This document shows positions 39,247 to 47,809 of a DNA stretch of 61,839 nt, piece after piece. Position 1 is the stretch's first letter; each line of letters begins with the position of its first letter. Origin of the DNA: a virus (taxonomy: Duplodnaviria > Caudoviricetes). The position numbers and the translations under genes were made by a program. Location of the stretch: the IMG/VR virus record IMGVR_UViG_3300021185_002489, positions 1-61,839 of that record; one strand, 5' to 3'. A model generated the notes under the pieces. The model saw only the letters and a list, made by a program, of their open reading frames with translations, was not told the origin of the DNA and searched no databases.

Positions 39247-39978
39247 TTAAAGTGTTTTGGAGATATAGTATTGGCTGAAATCTCCGTCGCCATTTACAAA
39301 AAATTCATTATAAGCCTGAACTGCTTTAGCAACTTTGTTTTGTCCAGATTGTAAAAATCTGTCGCTGCAATCAAATAGTCCAGTCTGTAATGTTTTTTTA
39401 TCTATCACTATAAATATTAATTCATAACCAAACATCTTAGAATAAATATATGCTTGACTATCATAATTATATTTATAGGCTGAATTAACAAATGAATTTA
39501 TATTGTTTGTAGTCTTAAGATCAATAACTAATTGATGACTGTGATTAACAATATCTGCTTTACCTTTCCATTGCATACCTTCTAATTCAGTTATGCCTGG
39601 TAATTCATATTCAACTGCTCCTTCTTGTATTAGATCTTTGAATAAATCATTGTCTAATACTTTCTCTCGCATCAACTCTATATTGTCAGCTTCATGTTCA
39701 AGCAGACATATATCCTCTCCAGCTATATCCTTATAAGCTTTTGTATTACGAGTTGATGATTTTACTATTTTGTATTTATCAAGCTTGTGAGGCTCTAATA
39801 TAGTTGTGTGAAAATATCCTCCGATTAAAAAAGCGGGATTAGGTGGTGAAGGTTTCTTAAAATCTAAAGGATTATTTAAGAGAGCTGATATATCACTATT
39901 GCTTAAATATGTTTTACCAAACTCTCCATAATAATCTTCGTCATTACGTAACCTTTCAATTGCTTTTTTATTATCCAT
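39247..39978 (-). CDS. Exonuclease VIII/RecE-like PD-(D/E)XK nuclease
   Basis: LSNSDI, KGKADI...IDLKTT and YNYDSQAYIY motifs. Confidence 0.8.
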   Translation of the reverse strand: MDNKKAIERLRNDEDYYGEFGKTYLSNSDISALLNNPLDFKKPSPPNPAFLIGGYFHTTILEPHKLDKYKIVKSSTRNTKAYKDIAGEDICLLEHEADNIELMREKVLDNDLFKDLIQEGAVEYELPGITELEGMQWKGKADIVNHSHQLVIDLKTTNNINSFVNSAYKYNYDSQAYIYSKMFGYELIFIVIDKKTLQTGLFDCSDRFLQSGQNKVAKAVQAYNEFFVNGDGDFSQYYISKTL

Positions 39979-40561
39979 TAAGTTGTTTTAAAACATCATC
40001 TTTAATAGTATACTTTTCTTGTAAAGTTTTAAGTAAACCACCATTAGCCAAAAACTTTTTAGCTTGATCAATATTCTTCATATCTATTATAGGTTTTTTA
40101 TCTGCTAATATCTTATTTTCAAGATTATTAACTTTAGCTTTAAGTGTTTGCTCTCTGTGATCACGTCCGTGTGTATTAGTAGCATCAGCGTCAGCTGTAT
40201 CGTCAATAAGTAATAGATTACCTAAAGCATATTTTTTACCATAAGATGATGCTGAACCAAACTTTTGTGGCATTTGCATACCCTTTTGATTAAGATCAAC
40301 ACCTACAATAGCTGTACCTTCTATTTGATCACCAGTCTCTGCATCTACAATTGTAGCTGTGCTATGAATTATAGGAAAGTCAGAACCTAATGTTAGGTTT
40401 TCTTTAATTGTAACATATATATTATGTTTATCATTATAAGGTTTCAATGCTTCTAGTATATCTTCCGCAGATCGAAACATGTAATTACCAAAATTGTTTT
40501 TTCTAGACTTCTTGGCTTTAAAGTCTGCCTGAATAGCGCTAAGCTTCTCTCGTATGTTCAT
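39971..40561 (-). CDS. ERF-family ssDNA annealing protein
   Basis: NNFGNYMFRSAEDILEALKP and QKFGSASSYGKKYAL...DDTADAD; the ATG at 40561 is the likelier start. Confidence 0.85.
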   Translation of the reverse strand: MNIREKLSAIQADFKAKKSRKNNFGNYMFRSAEDILEALKPYNDKHNIYVTIKENLTLGSDFPIIHSTATIVDAETGDQIEGTAIVGVDLNQKGMQMPQKFGSASSYGKKYALGNLLLIDDTADADATNTHGRDHREQTLKAKVNNLENKILADKKPIIDMKNIDQAKKFLANGGLLKTLQEKYTIKDDVLKQLNG

Positions 40562-40666
40562 TAGATTCAATTATTTTATAGTTAATATAAATTCCGTTTT
40601 TGTAGTATGTTACAATGCCATCTCCTGTGACTTCTGTAACCTCGTCATTAATAAATCCATCCATAA

Positions 40667-41017
40667 TTAAAATGTTAGATCGTAAATGATGTTGTCTTTT
40701 TTAAATAATCTTCTTTTATTAAATTTTCTTATTGTACCGAAGACTGTTTGTCCATCTACTAAAGTATTGTTGTGATAAGAATGTTCGTGCCATATTTTTT
40801 CTTTTTGATTTACACCGTTACCGGTTAGTTGTTGATTAGTTATTGGTATATATTTGCCACCTGATACTGCATTAACAGTACTTAAATTATAATTAGGTTG
40901 CTTTTGTTTAGGTGCATTATCTTGATAAGAGGAAGGTGCTTGATCACCTGGTCTTACATATTGTAATTCATCTATTGTCGATAGACAATATTTATATTTA
41001 CTCTTAAATTTATACAT
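40667..41017 (-). CDS. Hypothetical protein
   Basis: Open frame; the start is uncertain because it abuts the motif at 41019-41049. Confidence 0.4.
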   Translation of the reverse strand: MYKFKSKYKYCLSTIDELQYVRPGDQAPSSYQDNAPKQKQPNYNLSTVNAVSGGKYIPITNQQLTGNGVNQKEKIWHEHSYHNNTLVDGQTVFGTIRKFNKRRLFKKDNIIYDLTF

Positions 41018-41018
41018 A

Positions 41019-41049
41019 ATATTATAGTGCAATTTTACGTTAAAGGGAC
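41019..41049 (-). promoter_or_regulatory. Class II motif GTCCCTTT-N8-ATTGCACTATAATAT (copy 1)
   Basis: Both boxes and the spacer length are identical to 48077-48107; faces the replication genes. Confidence 0.65.
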
Positions 41050-41050
41050 C

Positions 41051-41827
41051 TTAATCTTTATAAATTTTTAATTTATTTTCTGCCCAATCATATACTTTTG
41101 ACGATGACTTGATACCATTGGTTACTACAAAGTAAGCCAACTCATCTAAAGCATCATCGTTGTTTTGTAGTCTAGTTAATAAACGTTGTTTTTGTTTCTT
41201 AACATTCTCTACATTCATACTAAAGTATGAAGCTATGTCCTTGATTTTCTTAGGTTTAGAATATATATCATCTAAGCCATAAAACATTTCTATCATAACA
41301 TGATACTTAGGAACATGCTTTAATAACCAACCTTTTAAAAAGTCTCCTAGTTTTTCATAATCGTAATCATATACTTCTTCATCTATAACAGATAGTACAT
41401 CATTATCAAACCATTGAGGAAACAATACAGTAACAAAACCAAAGCCATTTGAATAACGTTTTTTATCTTCATTATTCCATACACCTTTTATTGGTCGCTT
41501 TGATCCGTCTACATTTTTTTTAACTTCATCGTTAACTAAACCTTTTATACTTATACTTAAGTATTTAGAAATAGCTTTTTTACGATCTAATTTAGTTTCT
41601 AATGAGTTTATTAAATCCCAGTCTATATTAGACCATGATTTTAACAAAGCATAATAACCTTCTTGATGTAGATCATTGATGTTTACAACCCCTATAGCAG
41701 AATACTCTTTTGAAAAGCTATTTGCAATTTTAGATGCCATTTTAAAATAATCTAAAGGTATTTCAGATTTTAAATTAGAAACTGATGACTGGTTTAAAGC
41801 ATATATTTTTTTATTAAAATTTTTCAT
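41051..41827 (-). CDS. Phage sigma70-family factor
   Basis: Region 2-like DLHQEGYYALLKS...ISKYLSISIKG; region 4-like KKIKDIASYFSMNVENVKKQKQRLL. Confidence 0.75.
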   Translation of the reverse strand: MKNFNKKIYALNQSSVSNLKSEIPLDYFKMASKIANSFSKEYSAIGVVNINDLHQEGYYALLKSWSNIDWDLINSLETKLDRKKAISKYLSISIKGLVNDEVKKNVDGSKRPIKGVWNNEDKKRYSNGFGFVTVLFPQWFDNDVLSVIDEEVYDYDYEKLGDFLKGWLLKHVPKYHVMIEMFYGLDDIYSKPKKIKDIASYFSMNVENVKKQKQRLLTRLQNNDDALDELAYFVVTNGIKSSSKVYDWAENKLKIYKD

Positions 41828-42039
41828 ATGCGTAATAATTTTAAGCGTCTACTGTATTTTTTTATAAGCTTAGCTTTTATTTTTAATTCTTTAACAGGTA
41901 TTCTATTTCTTATTTCACCCTGTAATACAATATCAATAATTTCAGCTCTTAAGCTAATTATTTCATTAAGCAAAAATTCTCTGTGTCTTTCTGTTCTGCT
42001 TTTAGTATCAATTCTTATTTTTCCTATTTTTATTATCAT
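41824..42039 (-). CDS. Small basic hypothetical protein
   Basis: ATGA overlap with the sigma gene. Confidence 0.5.
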   Translation of the reverse strand: MIIKIGKIRIDTKSRTERHREFLLNEIISLRAEIIDIVLQGEIRNRIPVKELKIKAKLIKKYSRRLKLLRI

Positions 42040-42687
42040 TTTTCGGTTTTCTAAAGTCTTTTATTTTTGTAGCAATATTAAAACTATTGCTAGATACTAA
42101 GTGTTTGTATATTTTGTGTGATCTCATATTATTTTTTCAAAGTGAATGTCCACATCTGGTGGGAATTGTTTTAAAATGTGTTCGCAAGCTTGTTCTTGCA
42201 CGTGTATAGCAACTTGAGTGTTAATCATATATTTATGTTGCTTACCTCTATCGTTTATAATCATATATTCTAGTATACTCATTAGTACAAAGGTTTAGTG
42301 TGTTCCGGATCTGTTTGCCAGTGCTCCATAATGTGTTCGCCTGTTGAATTATCAATGTAATACGTTTCAGTACCTATTGTTATAAACACGCTATTTTCTG
42401 TTCTTATATCTACTATCATACGTAATTCCAAAATGAATCAATCTTTTCGATATATGTTATACCTCCTTGATTAAAATGTAAGTTTTTATGTTTATCAAAA
42501 CTTGGTGGTATATTACCAATATTATAAGGTTTAAATTCAATTACTTCGCCAGTTGTTAAGCTTCTTAGTTTTTTTGTTTTCATATTTGTTATTTGATTAT
42601 ATAATACATATCTAATATTTTGTGCATTGCGTCTTCACTAATCTCATTAGAAAGAACCATACTGAATAATAATTTTCTCATAGCTGT

Positions 42688-43524
42688 TTATTCGTAATTG
42701 CGAATAGATTTGAATAGAGGGTGTCTATATGATCCAGAAGGTGTACGTTGGAAGTATGTGAATGTAGCAGTCTTGCCAATATACCATTCAGCTATATCGT
42801 ACATTTTTTCTAGTACAGGCATTTTGTCCATTACTGGCATTCCGAATTCGACACCGTTAGCGTCTCGTGCAAGAAATTTGCCGATCGTGCCAGTACGTTT
42901 GCCCTGACCCTCCACCCAGCCGGTGATCGTTGCTTCGGTATCGTGGAATTCTTTGTATTTTTGTAAATTGTAACTGCGTTTGTTTTCATATGGTTTGTTA
43001 TTACGTAATATTGCGCCTTCATAGCCTTGTTTAGTAGTAAACTGATGATACATTAGTCTTGCTGTAACATCGTTTTGAACTTGATAAGTCTCAACTGTTT
43101 TACAGTATTGTAATGTAAATTCTTTGTGTAAGTTTTTAATGCTTTCATTGCGATACCCAAAACTATTATCAGGCGTATCAGGCATGAATATATCATAGTT
43201 GTGAAATTGTATTGCTTTAGCTTCGTTACGCTCAGCATCAGATGGTGATTGTTTACGTACGAGTGAGATAATCTTGTTGAAGTTATCTTTGTAATCGTGA
43301 TTGTATAGCTCACCGTCTAGCACAACGTTAGGATACTTAGTAAACAATGGCACAAGTTCATCTGTTATATGCTGAGCGTTCATAAATTGTTTATGGTTGC
43401 GTGAAAATGCACCGTGTTTAGTAATGTAACAACGTACGCCGTCAAGCTTCGGTTGAATGAAAGAATCTTTATCAAATTCTTTTTTACCTACAGGATGCGC
43501 TAGCATTACATTAAAGTTTGTCAT
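42688..43524 (-). CDS. ATP-dependent DNA ligase
   Basis: QPKLDGVRC, VLDGELY, EGAILR and RHPLF motifs; start at 43524 or 43545. Confidence 0.92.
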   Translation of the reverse strand: MTNFNVMLAHPVGKKEFDKDSFIQPKLDGVRCYITKHGAFSRNHKQFMNAQHITDELVPLFTKYPNVVLDGELYNHDYKDNFNKIISLVRKQSPSDAERNEAKAIQFHNYDIFMPDTPDNSFGYRNESIKNLHKEFTLQYCKTVETYQVQNDVTARLMYHQFTTKQGYEGAILRNNKPYENKRSYNLQKYKEFHDTEATITGWVEGQGKRTGTIGKFLARDANGVEFGMPVMDKMPVLEKMYDIAEWYIGKTATFTYFQRTPSGSYRHPLFKSIRNYE

Positions 43525-43828
43525 AGTCTGTTTTAATTTTTTCATATATTTCTTTTAATTCTTGTAATAATTCGTATTTTTCTTCGCTTAGTAGCTTTTT
43601 TGCTGTTTTTTCTAATTCAATTAATTGTTCTTTTAATAAATCTTTTTGATTAAATTCTTCTGAATATTTTACATTACCAAATGCATCAACATCTTTTGTA
43701 AAAAATTCTTGAGGACTCATAGTGTCAAATGATACTATTGTTTTATTAGAGTCTAAATAATCTTTTAATCTATTAAATACTTTATCAGCTATCATGTCTG
43801 ATAATAGCTCCATTTGATCTTGGGTCAT
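43511..43828 (-). CDS. Hypothetical protein with a UVR-like C-terminal motif
   Basis: EEKYELLQELKE; downstream of a class I promoter. Confidence 0.55.
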   Translation of the reverse strand: MTQDQMELLSDMIADKVFNRLKDYLDSNKTIVSFDTMSPQEFFTKDVDAFGNVKYSEEFNQKDLLKEQLIELEKTAKKLLSEEKYELLQELKEIYEKIKTDYDKL

Positions 43829-43865
43829 ATTCTAATTCTTTAAACATATTATTAATTTCTTCACT

Positions 43866-43899
43866 TATATTATCACTTTGTGATGGTGTTTGTAACGTA
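43866..43899 (-). promoter_or_regulatory. Class I early promoter motif TACGTTACA-N14-GTGATAATATA (copy A)
   Basis: One of six copies with invariant boxes and a fixed spacer length. Confidence 0.75.
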
Positions 43900-43908
43900 T
43901 TTTTCATA

Positions 43909-44139
43909 TTATTTTATGTAATTATTTGTTGTGCATAGCATTTCCATTGTACGCCATACTTTTAAATCTCTTATTGCACCATAAGCTAAGTCAAAAGTTT
44001 GTTGGCTATCAATACCTGCAAGACCTTTATGTCTATTTTTAAAATAGTATTGAACCTCATGCTCGCTATGATGAATTTTAGAATAAAGCTTATTGCTTAT
44101 TCTTTCATCAACATATTTTTTCATTTCTTTTTTATTCAT
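43909..44139 (-). CDS. Hypothetical early protein
   Basis: Open frame; start uncertain. Confidence 0.5.
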   Translation of the reverse strand: MNKKEMKKYVDERISNKLYSKIHHSEHEVQYYFKNRHKGLAGIDSQQTFDLAYGAIRDLKVWRTMEMLCTTNNYIK

Positions 44140-44455
44140 CTTCATCTTCTGTATGTTGTTCAACGTAATCTTCTATTTCATATTCATTAAAGAATTGTTC
44201 AATATCTGAGCAGTATATTACTGCCTGCTCGTCATCATAATCGTAACTTACGTCTTTAATGCGTTCAATAATATCATCAAAGCTTGGTTCATAGTAATAT
44301 ACATCTTCTTCCCAATTTATTTTTTGCTCGTCATTAGTTATGACGAATACTTCATAGCCGTCAACAGTGCTTTGAGTATATATACTTAGCTCTGGGTTGC
44401 GTGGAAAATCTTCTGAGATCTTTACATTTAATAGTTTTTCTAGTTTTTCAATCAT
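44132..44455 (-). CDS. Highly acidic early protein
   Basis: D/E-rich, 107 aa. Confidence 0.6.
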   Translation of the reverse strand: MIEKLEKLLNVKISEDFPRNPELSIYTQSTVDGYEVFVITNDEQKINWEEDVYYYEPSFDDIIERIKDVSYDYDDEQAVIYCSDIEQFFNEYEIEDYVEQHTEDEDE

Positions 44456-44475
44456 TATATTTAATTTAATATTAG

Positions 44476-44548
44476 TTGCGGTGACAGGATTCGAACCTGT
44501 GACCTCGAGTTTATGAGACTCGCGAGCTGACCACTGCTCTACACCGCT
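44476..44548 (-). tRNA. tRNA with CAT anticodon, initiator-like
   Basis: Cloverleaf AGCGGTG...GAGC/GCTC...CGAGT-CTCATAA-ACTCG...ACAGG-TTCGAAT-CCTGT-CACCGCA-A; no encoded CCA. Confidence 0.9.
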
Positions 44549-44554
44549 AAAAGT

Positions 44555-44666
44555 TAGGGCCTCACCATTGCTTTTCGTTTACCCTTGCAAGAGGTACGCC
44601 GGTTTTTTTGGCCCTATTTGTGCTACGTGAGTCTTTAACCATTAAGGTGCCTCATTCATCTAACAC
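44555..44666 (-). ncRNA. Two structured hairpin elements between the tRNA-like genes
   Basis: TAGGGCC/GGCCCTA and GTGTTA/TAGCAC closing stems with internal stems; GC-rich relative to the flanks. Confidence 0.35.
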
Positions 44667-44673
44667 TATTTTG

Positions 44674-44749
44674 TGGACGTGGCAGGAGTCGAACCTACGT
44701 TTGCTGATAGTGTACTTTTGAACTTTGTCAGCACTTGCCCATCACGCCC
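44674..44749 (-). ncRNA. tRNA-like RNA resembling the tmRNA tRNA-like domain (G3.U70, A73)
   Basis: Acceptor stem GGGCGTG/CACGTCC-A; T arm GTAGG-TTCGACT-CCTGC; no D stem; TGCTGA/TCAGCA stem. Confidence 0.65.
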
Positions 44750-44751
44750 GT

Positions 44752-44943
44752 TTATTTGCGTCGCCAAGATCGGTGCACTGCTGCACTTGTTGCTTGGTCA
44801 ACGACTTGTATTTCTAGTACTTGTTTGCTACCAATGATCGGTACATAACTATATAGCTGTGTATCAGAGCATTGCACGCAATTTTTGTAGCCCATTTCAA
44901 TTCTAACAGGATGAACTTTGCTGCCACATTTACAATATTTCAT
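44752..44943 (-). CDS. DksA/TraR-type C4 zinc-finger protein
   Basis: CKCGSKVHPVRIEMGYKNCVQCS. Confidence 0.6.
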   Translation of the reverse strand: MKYCKCGSKVHPVRIEMGYKNCVQCSDTQLYSYVPIIGSKQVLEIQVVDQATSAAVHRSWRRK

Positions 44944-45072
44944 AATTGTTGTTTTAATATATGATCAATTATGTGTTGAGCATTACCTTCAACTGTAATT
45001 TCTGTGTCGTATAAACCCGTGTATAGCAACTTGTATGTTGCGGGTTTTACTTTTTTAAATTGTGTATCAAAT

Positions 45073-45303
45073 TTATTTCCCGCCATCTTCTTCTATTTTT
45101 GTTGGTTCATATTTATTTTCAAGATAATCAACTAAGTTTACAGTAAAATATTCAACAATATCTTGTGCTTCAAAGCCATCATCAATTGCTGGTTTAAATT
45201 TTTCAATTGCATATTCAATTTGCCAATGGTCAATTAATTTTTTCATTCTATTGAATTTATTTTGTAAATCAATATAGTTTTGTACGTTTGTGTTTTTATT
45301 CAT
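45073..45303 (-). CDS. Hypothetical early protein
   Basis: Directly downstream of promoter copy B. Confidence 0.6.
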   Translation of the reverse strand: MNKNTNVQNYIDLQNKFNRMKKLIDHWQIEYAIEKFKPAIDDGFEAQDIVEYFTVNLVDYLENKYEPTKIEEDGGK

Positions 45304-45327
45304 ATTATTATTTATTTGTTATTCATA

Positions 45328-45361
45328 TATATTATCACGTACAAATTAATTTTGTAACGTA
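45328..45361 (-). promoter_or_regulatory. Class I promoter motif (copy B)
   Basis: TATATTATCAC-N14-TGTAACGTA on the + strand. Confidence 0.75.
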
Positions 45362-45503
45362 TTTTGTTTAAAATATTCACGTATTTGATTCATAAGTGAT
45401 AAACCAATATCATATTTATTATAAACGTAATTTACTTTTTCGTCAATATTAAGATCAGTTTTGTTTTCATTTACATAATCTAATATATTTGCTATTGATT
45501 CAT

Positions 45504-45698
45504 TCATTTTGTAACTTTTTTAATTAAACTAAATAATAGTTGTTGTTTTATTTGTAATTCTAATTCGTATAAGTCATCAAATTCATCTAATTGAAATTCC
45601 GATGGGTCCAATTGCCAGTGTATTGTATTGTCAATGTGTTCATTAACTTCTTCAATAATATCATTAGCTATATTTGCTATTAATTTTTTGTCATACAT
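45504..45698 (-). CDS. Acidic early protein
   Basis: ORF in the early operon. Confidence 0.5.
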   Translation of the reverse strand: MYDKKLIANIANDIIEEVNEHIDNTIHWQLDPSEFQLDEFDDLYELELQIKQQLLFSLIKKVTK

Positions 45699-45701
45699 AA
45701 T

Positions 45702-45902
45702 TTATACTATTTTTATATATTGGTTTTCTTTATTCCATGCTTTACTAGTCATATATCCTGTTGTGTAATAAGTATTATTTTCTAATAAGTGCATCATTTC
45801 TTTGTATTCACTTGTAGCTTCGGGACGTTTGCATTGTTTAATGTAGTGAATTGTTTTAATTCCGCTATGGTCGTTGCCGTAAAATATCCATGTGTTTTTC
45901 AT
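45702..45902 (-). CDS. Hypothetical early protein
   Basis: Likely start at MKNTWIF. Confidence 0.5.
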   Translation of the reverse strand: MKNTWIFYGNDHSGIKTIHYIKQCKRPEATSEYKEMMHLLENNTYYTTGYMTSKAWNKENQYIKIV

Positions 45903-46016
45903 ATTACCATAATTTAATTCCGCAGTTTGTGCAAAGTGGCATTGCATCTACTTGTGTGTTATAAAATTCTATTTCTTCTTCGTGCAATGGTTCATTACAG
46001 TAGCTACATTCATTTA

Positions 46017-46223
46017 TCATGCTTTTATTCCGTATTTAGTGTAATGTTTAATTGTTTCAACGCTTGCGGTGTTAAAATCACGCACTCGTTGTCTGTATTT
46101 TTCGTTAGTACAATACTTTTTCATTGCATTTACGCTAGTAATACCATGATCAGCACCGTGTTTTTGTTCAAAGTTAGCTATTTGTAGTAACTTTTCTTCC
46201 ATCATTTGTTTAGTTATATTCAT
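46017..46223 (-). CDS. Hypothetical early protein
   Basis: Directly downstream of promoter copy C. Confidence 0.6.
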   Translation of the reverse strand: MNITKQMMEEKLLQIANFEQKHGADHGITSVNAMKKYCTNEKYRQRVRDFNTASVETIKHYTKYGIKA

Positions 46224-46238
46224 ATTGTTTTATTTTAT

Positions 46239-46272
46239 TATATTATCACGGTGTTTTGTATTTTGTAACGTA
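46239..46272 (-). promoter_or_regulatory. Class I promoter motif (copy C)
   Basis: Exact boxes, N14 spacer. Confidence 0.75.
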
Positions 46273-46399
46273 TTTATGTATAGCAATTACAAATATTTTT
46301 GTTGTTGCCATTGAGTTATCTCAGAATTAAAACGTTTATAATATTCTAATTCTAATAATTCAATTTGTGCTTTTGATATTTTTAATATTTTATTTCTTT

Positions 46400-46744
46400 T
46401 TACTTTACGATTTCGCATTCTGTTTCAATTTCTTTAATATCTTCATTTAAAACTTCTTCCATTTCATTCCATCTTACAACATCATCATCATCATTTAATA
46501 AATCATATAAGGCACAGAAACCTGCTTGAGAGTAATTTTCAGCTTTGCCAAATAAATCATGCTCTTGAAAGACATCATAATTTAATTCATCACAAATTTT
46601 TCTTCCTTCATAAGTATATATAACTTTATTATCAATCCAGGAATGCTTGAAATTATAAAAATCATCAGCATCATTTATTTCACCTTGATGAAAAGCTAAC
46701 CAAGCCTCTTCACTAAAATCTTGTACTATATTATCTTTATACAT
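46400..46744 (-). CDS. Ocr (T7 gp0.3)-like acidic DNA-mimic anti-restriction protein
   Basis: [20 protein letters not shown] resembles Ocr [36 protein letters not shown] resembles WEDAEDLLNEYLEEVE; similar length (comparison from memory). Confidence 0.6.
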   Translation of the reverse strand: [114 protein letters not shown]

Positions 46745-46746
46745 AT

Positions 46747-46935
46747 TTATTTATTTATTAATTTGTTAATTTCTTTTATTGCTAAGAATTTTCTTGCTTG
46801 ATAGTCTTGATAATCAAGTAATAACTCTTCTTGTTTATTTAAACTATTACCACCATTATTTATTGCTAATTCAATTTTAGCCATTGTATGGTCAAATTCT
46901 TGTACTATTGTATTTAATTCTTTTATACTATTCAT
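46747..46935 (-). CDS. Hypothetical early protein
   Basis: ORF in the early operon. Confidence 0.5.
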   Translation of the reverse strand: MNSIKELNTIVQEFDHTMAKIELAINNGGNSLNKQEELLLDYQDYQARKFLAIKEINKLINK

Positions 46936-47174
46936 ATATCATTGCTAATAATTCAAATTCATCTTTTGTTATTAAGTTTTCCCACATTGCTATTACTAAA
47001 TAGGAAACATCTCTACCTGTTTTTTTATTTGTTATAATCATATTTATTTATTTTTTATTATTTTTATATTTTCTTCAATTTCTTTTATTCTATCTTTGTG
47101 ATCGGTAGAATTTTCTCTTGAATCAACTACTTGTTCAAGTAAGGTTTCGAGTGCTAAAATTATTAAATATTTGT

Positions 47175-47339
47175 TCATAATTCACTAAACTTTTTAATTA
47201 TATTTATTTCACTTTGCCAGTTTTCAGATTGTTCATCTGTTAATTCTACTAGATAATCTATATCATATAAGTTTTTAATGTAACCTTTCATTGTAAAATA
47301 AATTACATCTATTTCTTTTTGTGTTAATTCTACTTTCAT
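47175..47339 (-). CDS. Small early protein (54 aa)
   Basis: Read manually: MKVELTQKEIDVIY...; ATGA coupling on both sides. Confidence 0.5.
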   Translation of the reverse strand: MKVELTQKEIDVIYFTMKGYIKNLYDIDYLVELTDEQSENWQSEINIIKKFSEL

Positions 47340-47482
47340 ACTTCTTCTACTTTTAATATATTATCAATTCCAAAATGCTTTATAACTTTTTCAATATTAT
47401 CACTTTGCATATATTTTATATAATGTCTTATATTCCCTTTGCAATTCCAGTGTGTGGTTTTTGTTATTTTAAACATTTTCAT
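47336..47482 (-). CDS. Small early protein (48 aa)
   Basis: Read manually: MKMFKITKTTHWNC...; downstream of promoter copy D. Confidence 0.5.
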   Translation of the reverse strand: MKMFKITKTTHWNCKGNIRHYIKYMQSDNIEKVIKHFGIDNILKVEEV

Positions 47483-47516
47483 ATTATTATTTTTTTTATT
47501 ATTATTTATTTACATT

Positions 47517-47550
47517 TATATTATCACAATATTATATAAATTGTAACGTA
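47517..47550 (-). promoter_or_regulatory. Class I promoter motif (copy D)
   Basis: Exact boxes, N14 spacer. Confidence 0.75.
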
Positions 47551-47750
47551 CTTTTTTTAATTTTATTTTTATTTATATAACTCATACCTTTTATATTAAA
47601 CTCAACAACATCACAAATGTTTAACTTATCTTTTATTTTTACATCTTGTAAGTTATTAATATTAAAACCAATGTAAACATTATTATTTAGTTTAAGTTTT
47701 TTAGTGTTTAATATTTGAGATTTGTAGTGGTTTGTTTTTAATTTTTGCAT
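47532..47750 (-). CDS. Hypothetical early protein
   Basis: Between promoter copies E and D. Confidence 0.5.
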   Translation of the reverse strand: MQKLKTNHYKSQILNTKKLKLNNNVYIGFNINNLQDVKIKDKLNICDVVEFNIKGMSYINKNKIKKSTLQFI

Positions 47751-47772
47751 TTTATTATATTTTATTTACATT

Positions 47773-47806
47773 TATATTATCACTTTATTATAAGAAGTGT
47801 AACGTA
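47773..47806 (-). promoter_or_regulatory. Class I promoter motif (copy E)
   Basis: Exact boxes, N14 spacer. Confidence 0.75.
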
Positions 47807-47809
47807 TTT

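Noticed and set aside
44715-44725. Leu(CAA) or opal(TCA) anticodon in the tRNA-like RNA
   Set aside because: The bases flanking TTCAAAA do not form a 5-bp anticodon stem.
47394-47403. Seventh class I copy (ATATTATCAC)
   Set aside because: Half-site only, inside an ORF, with no TGTAACGTA box at N14.
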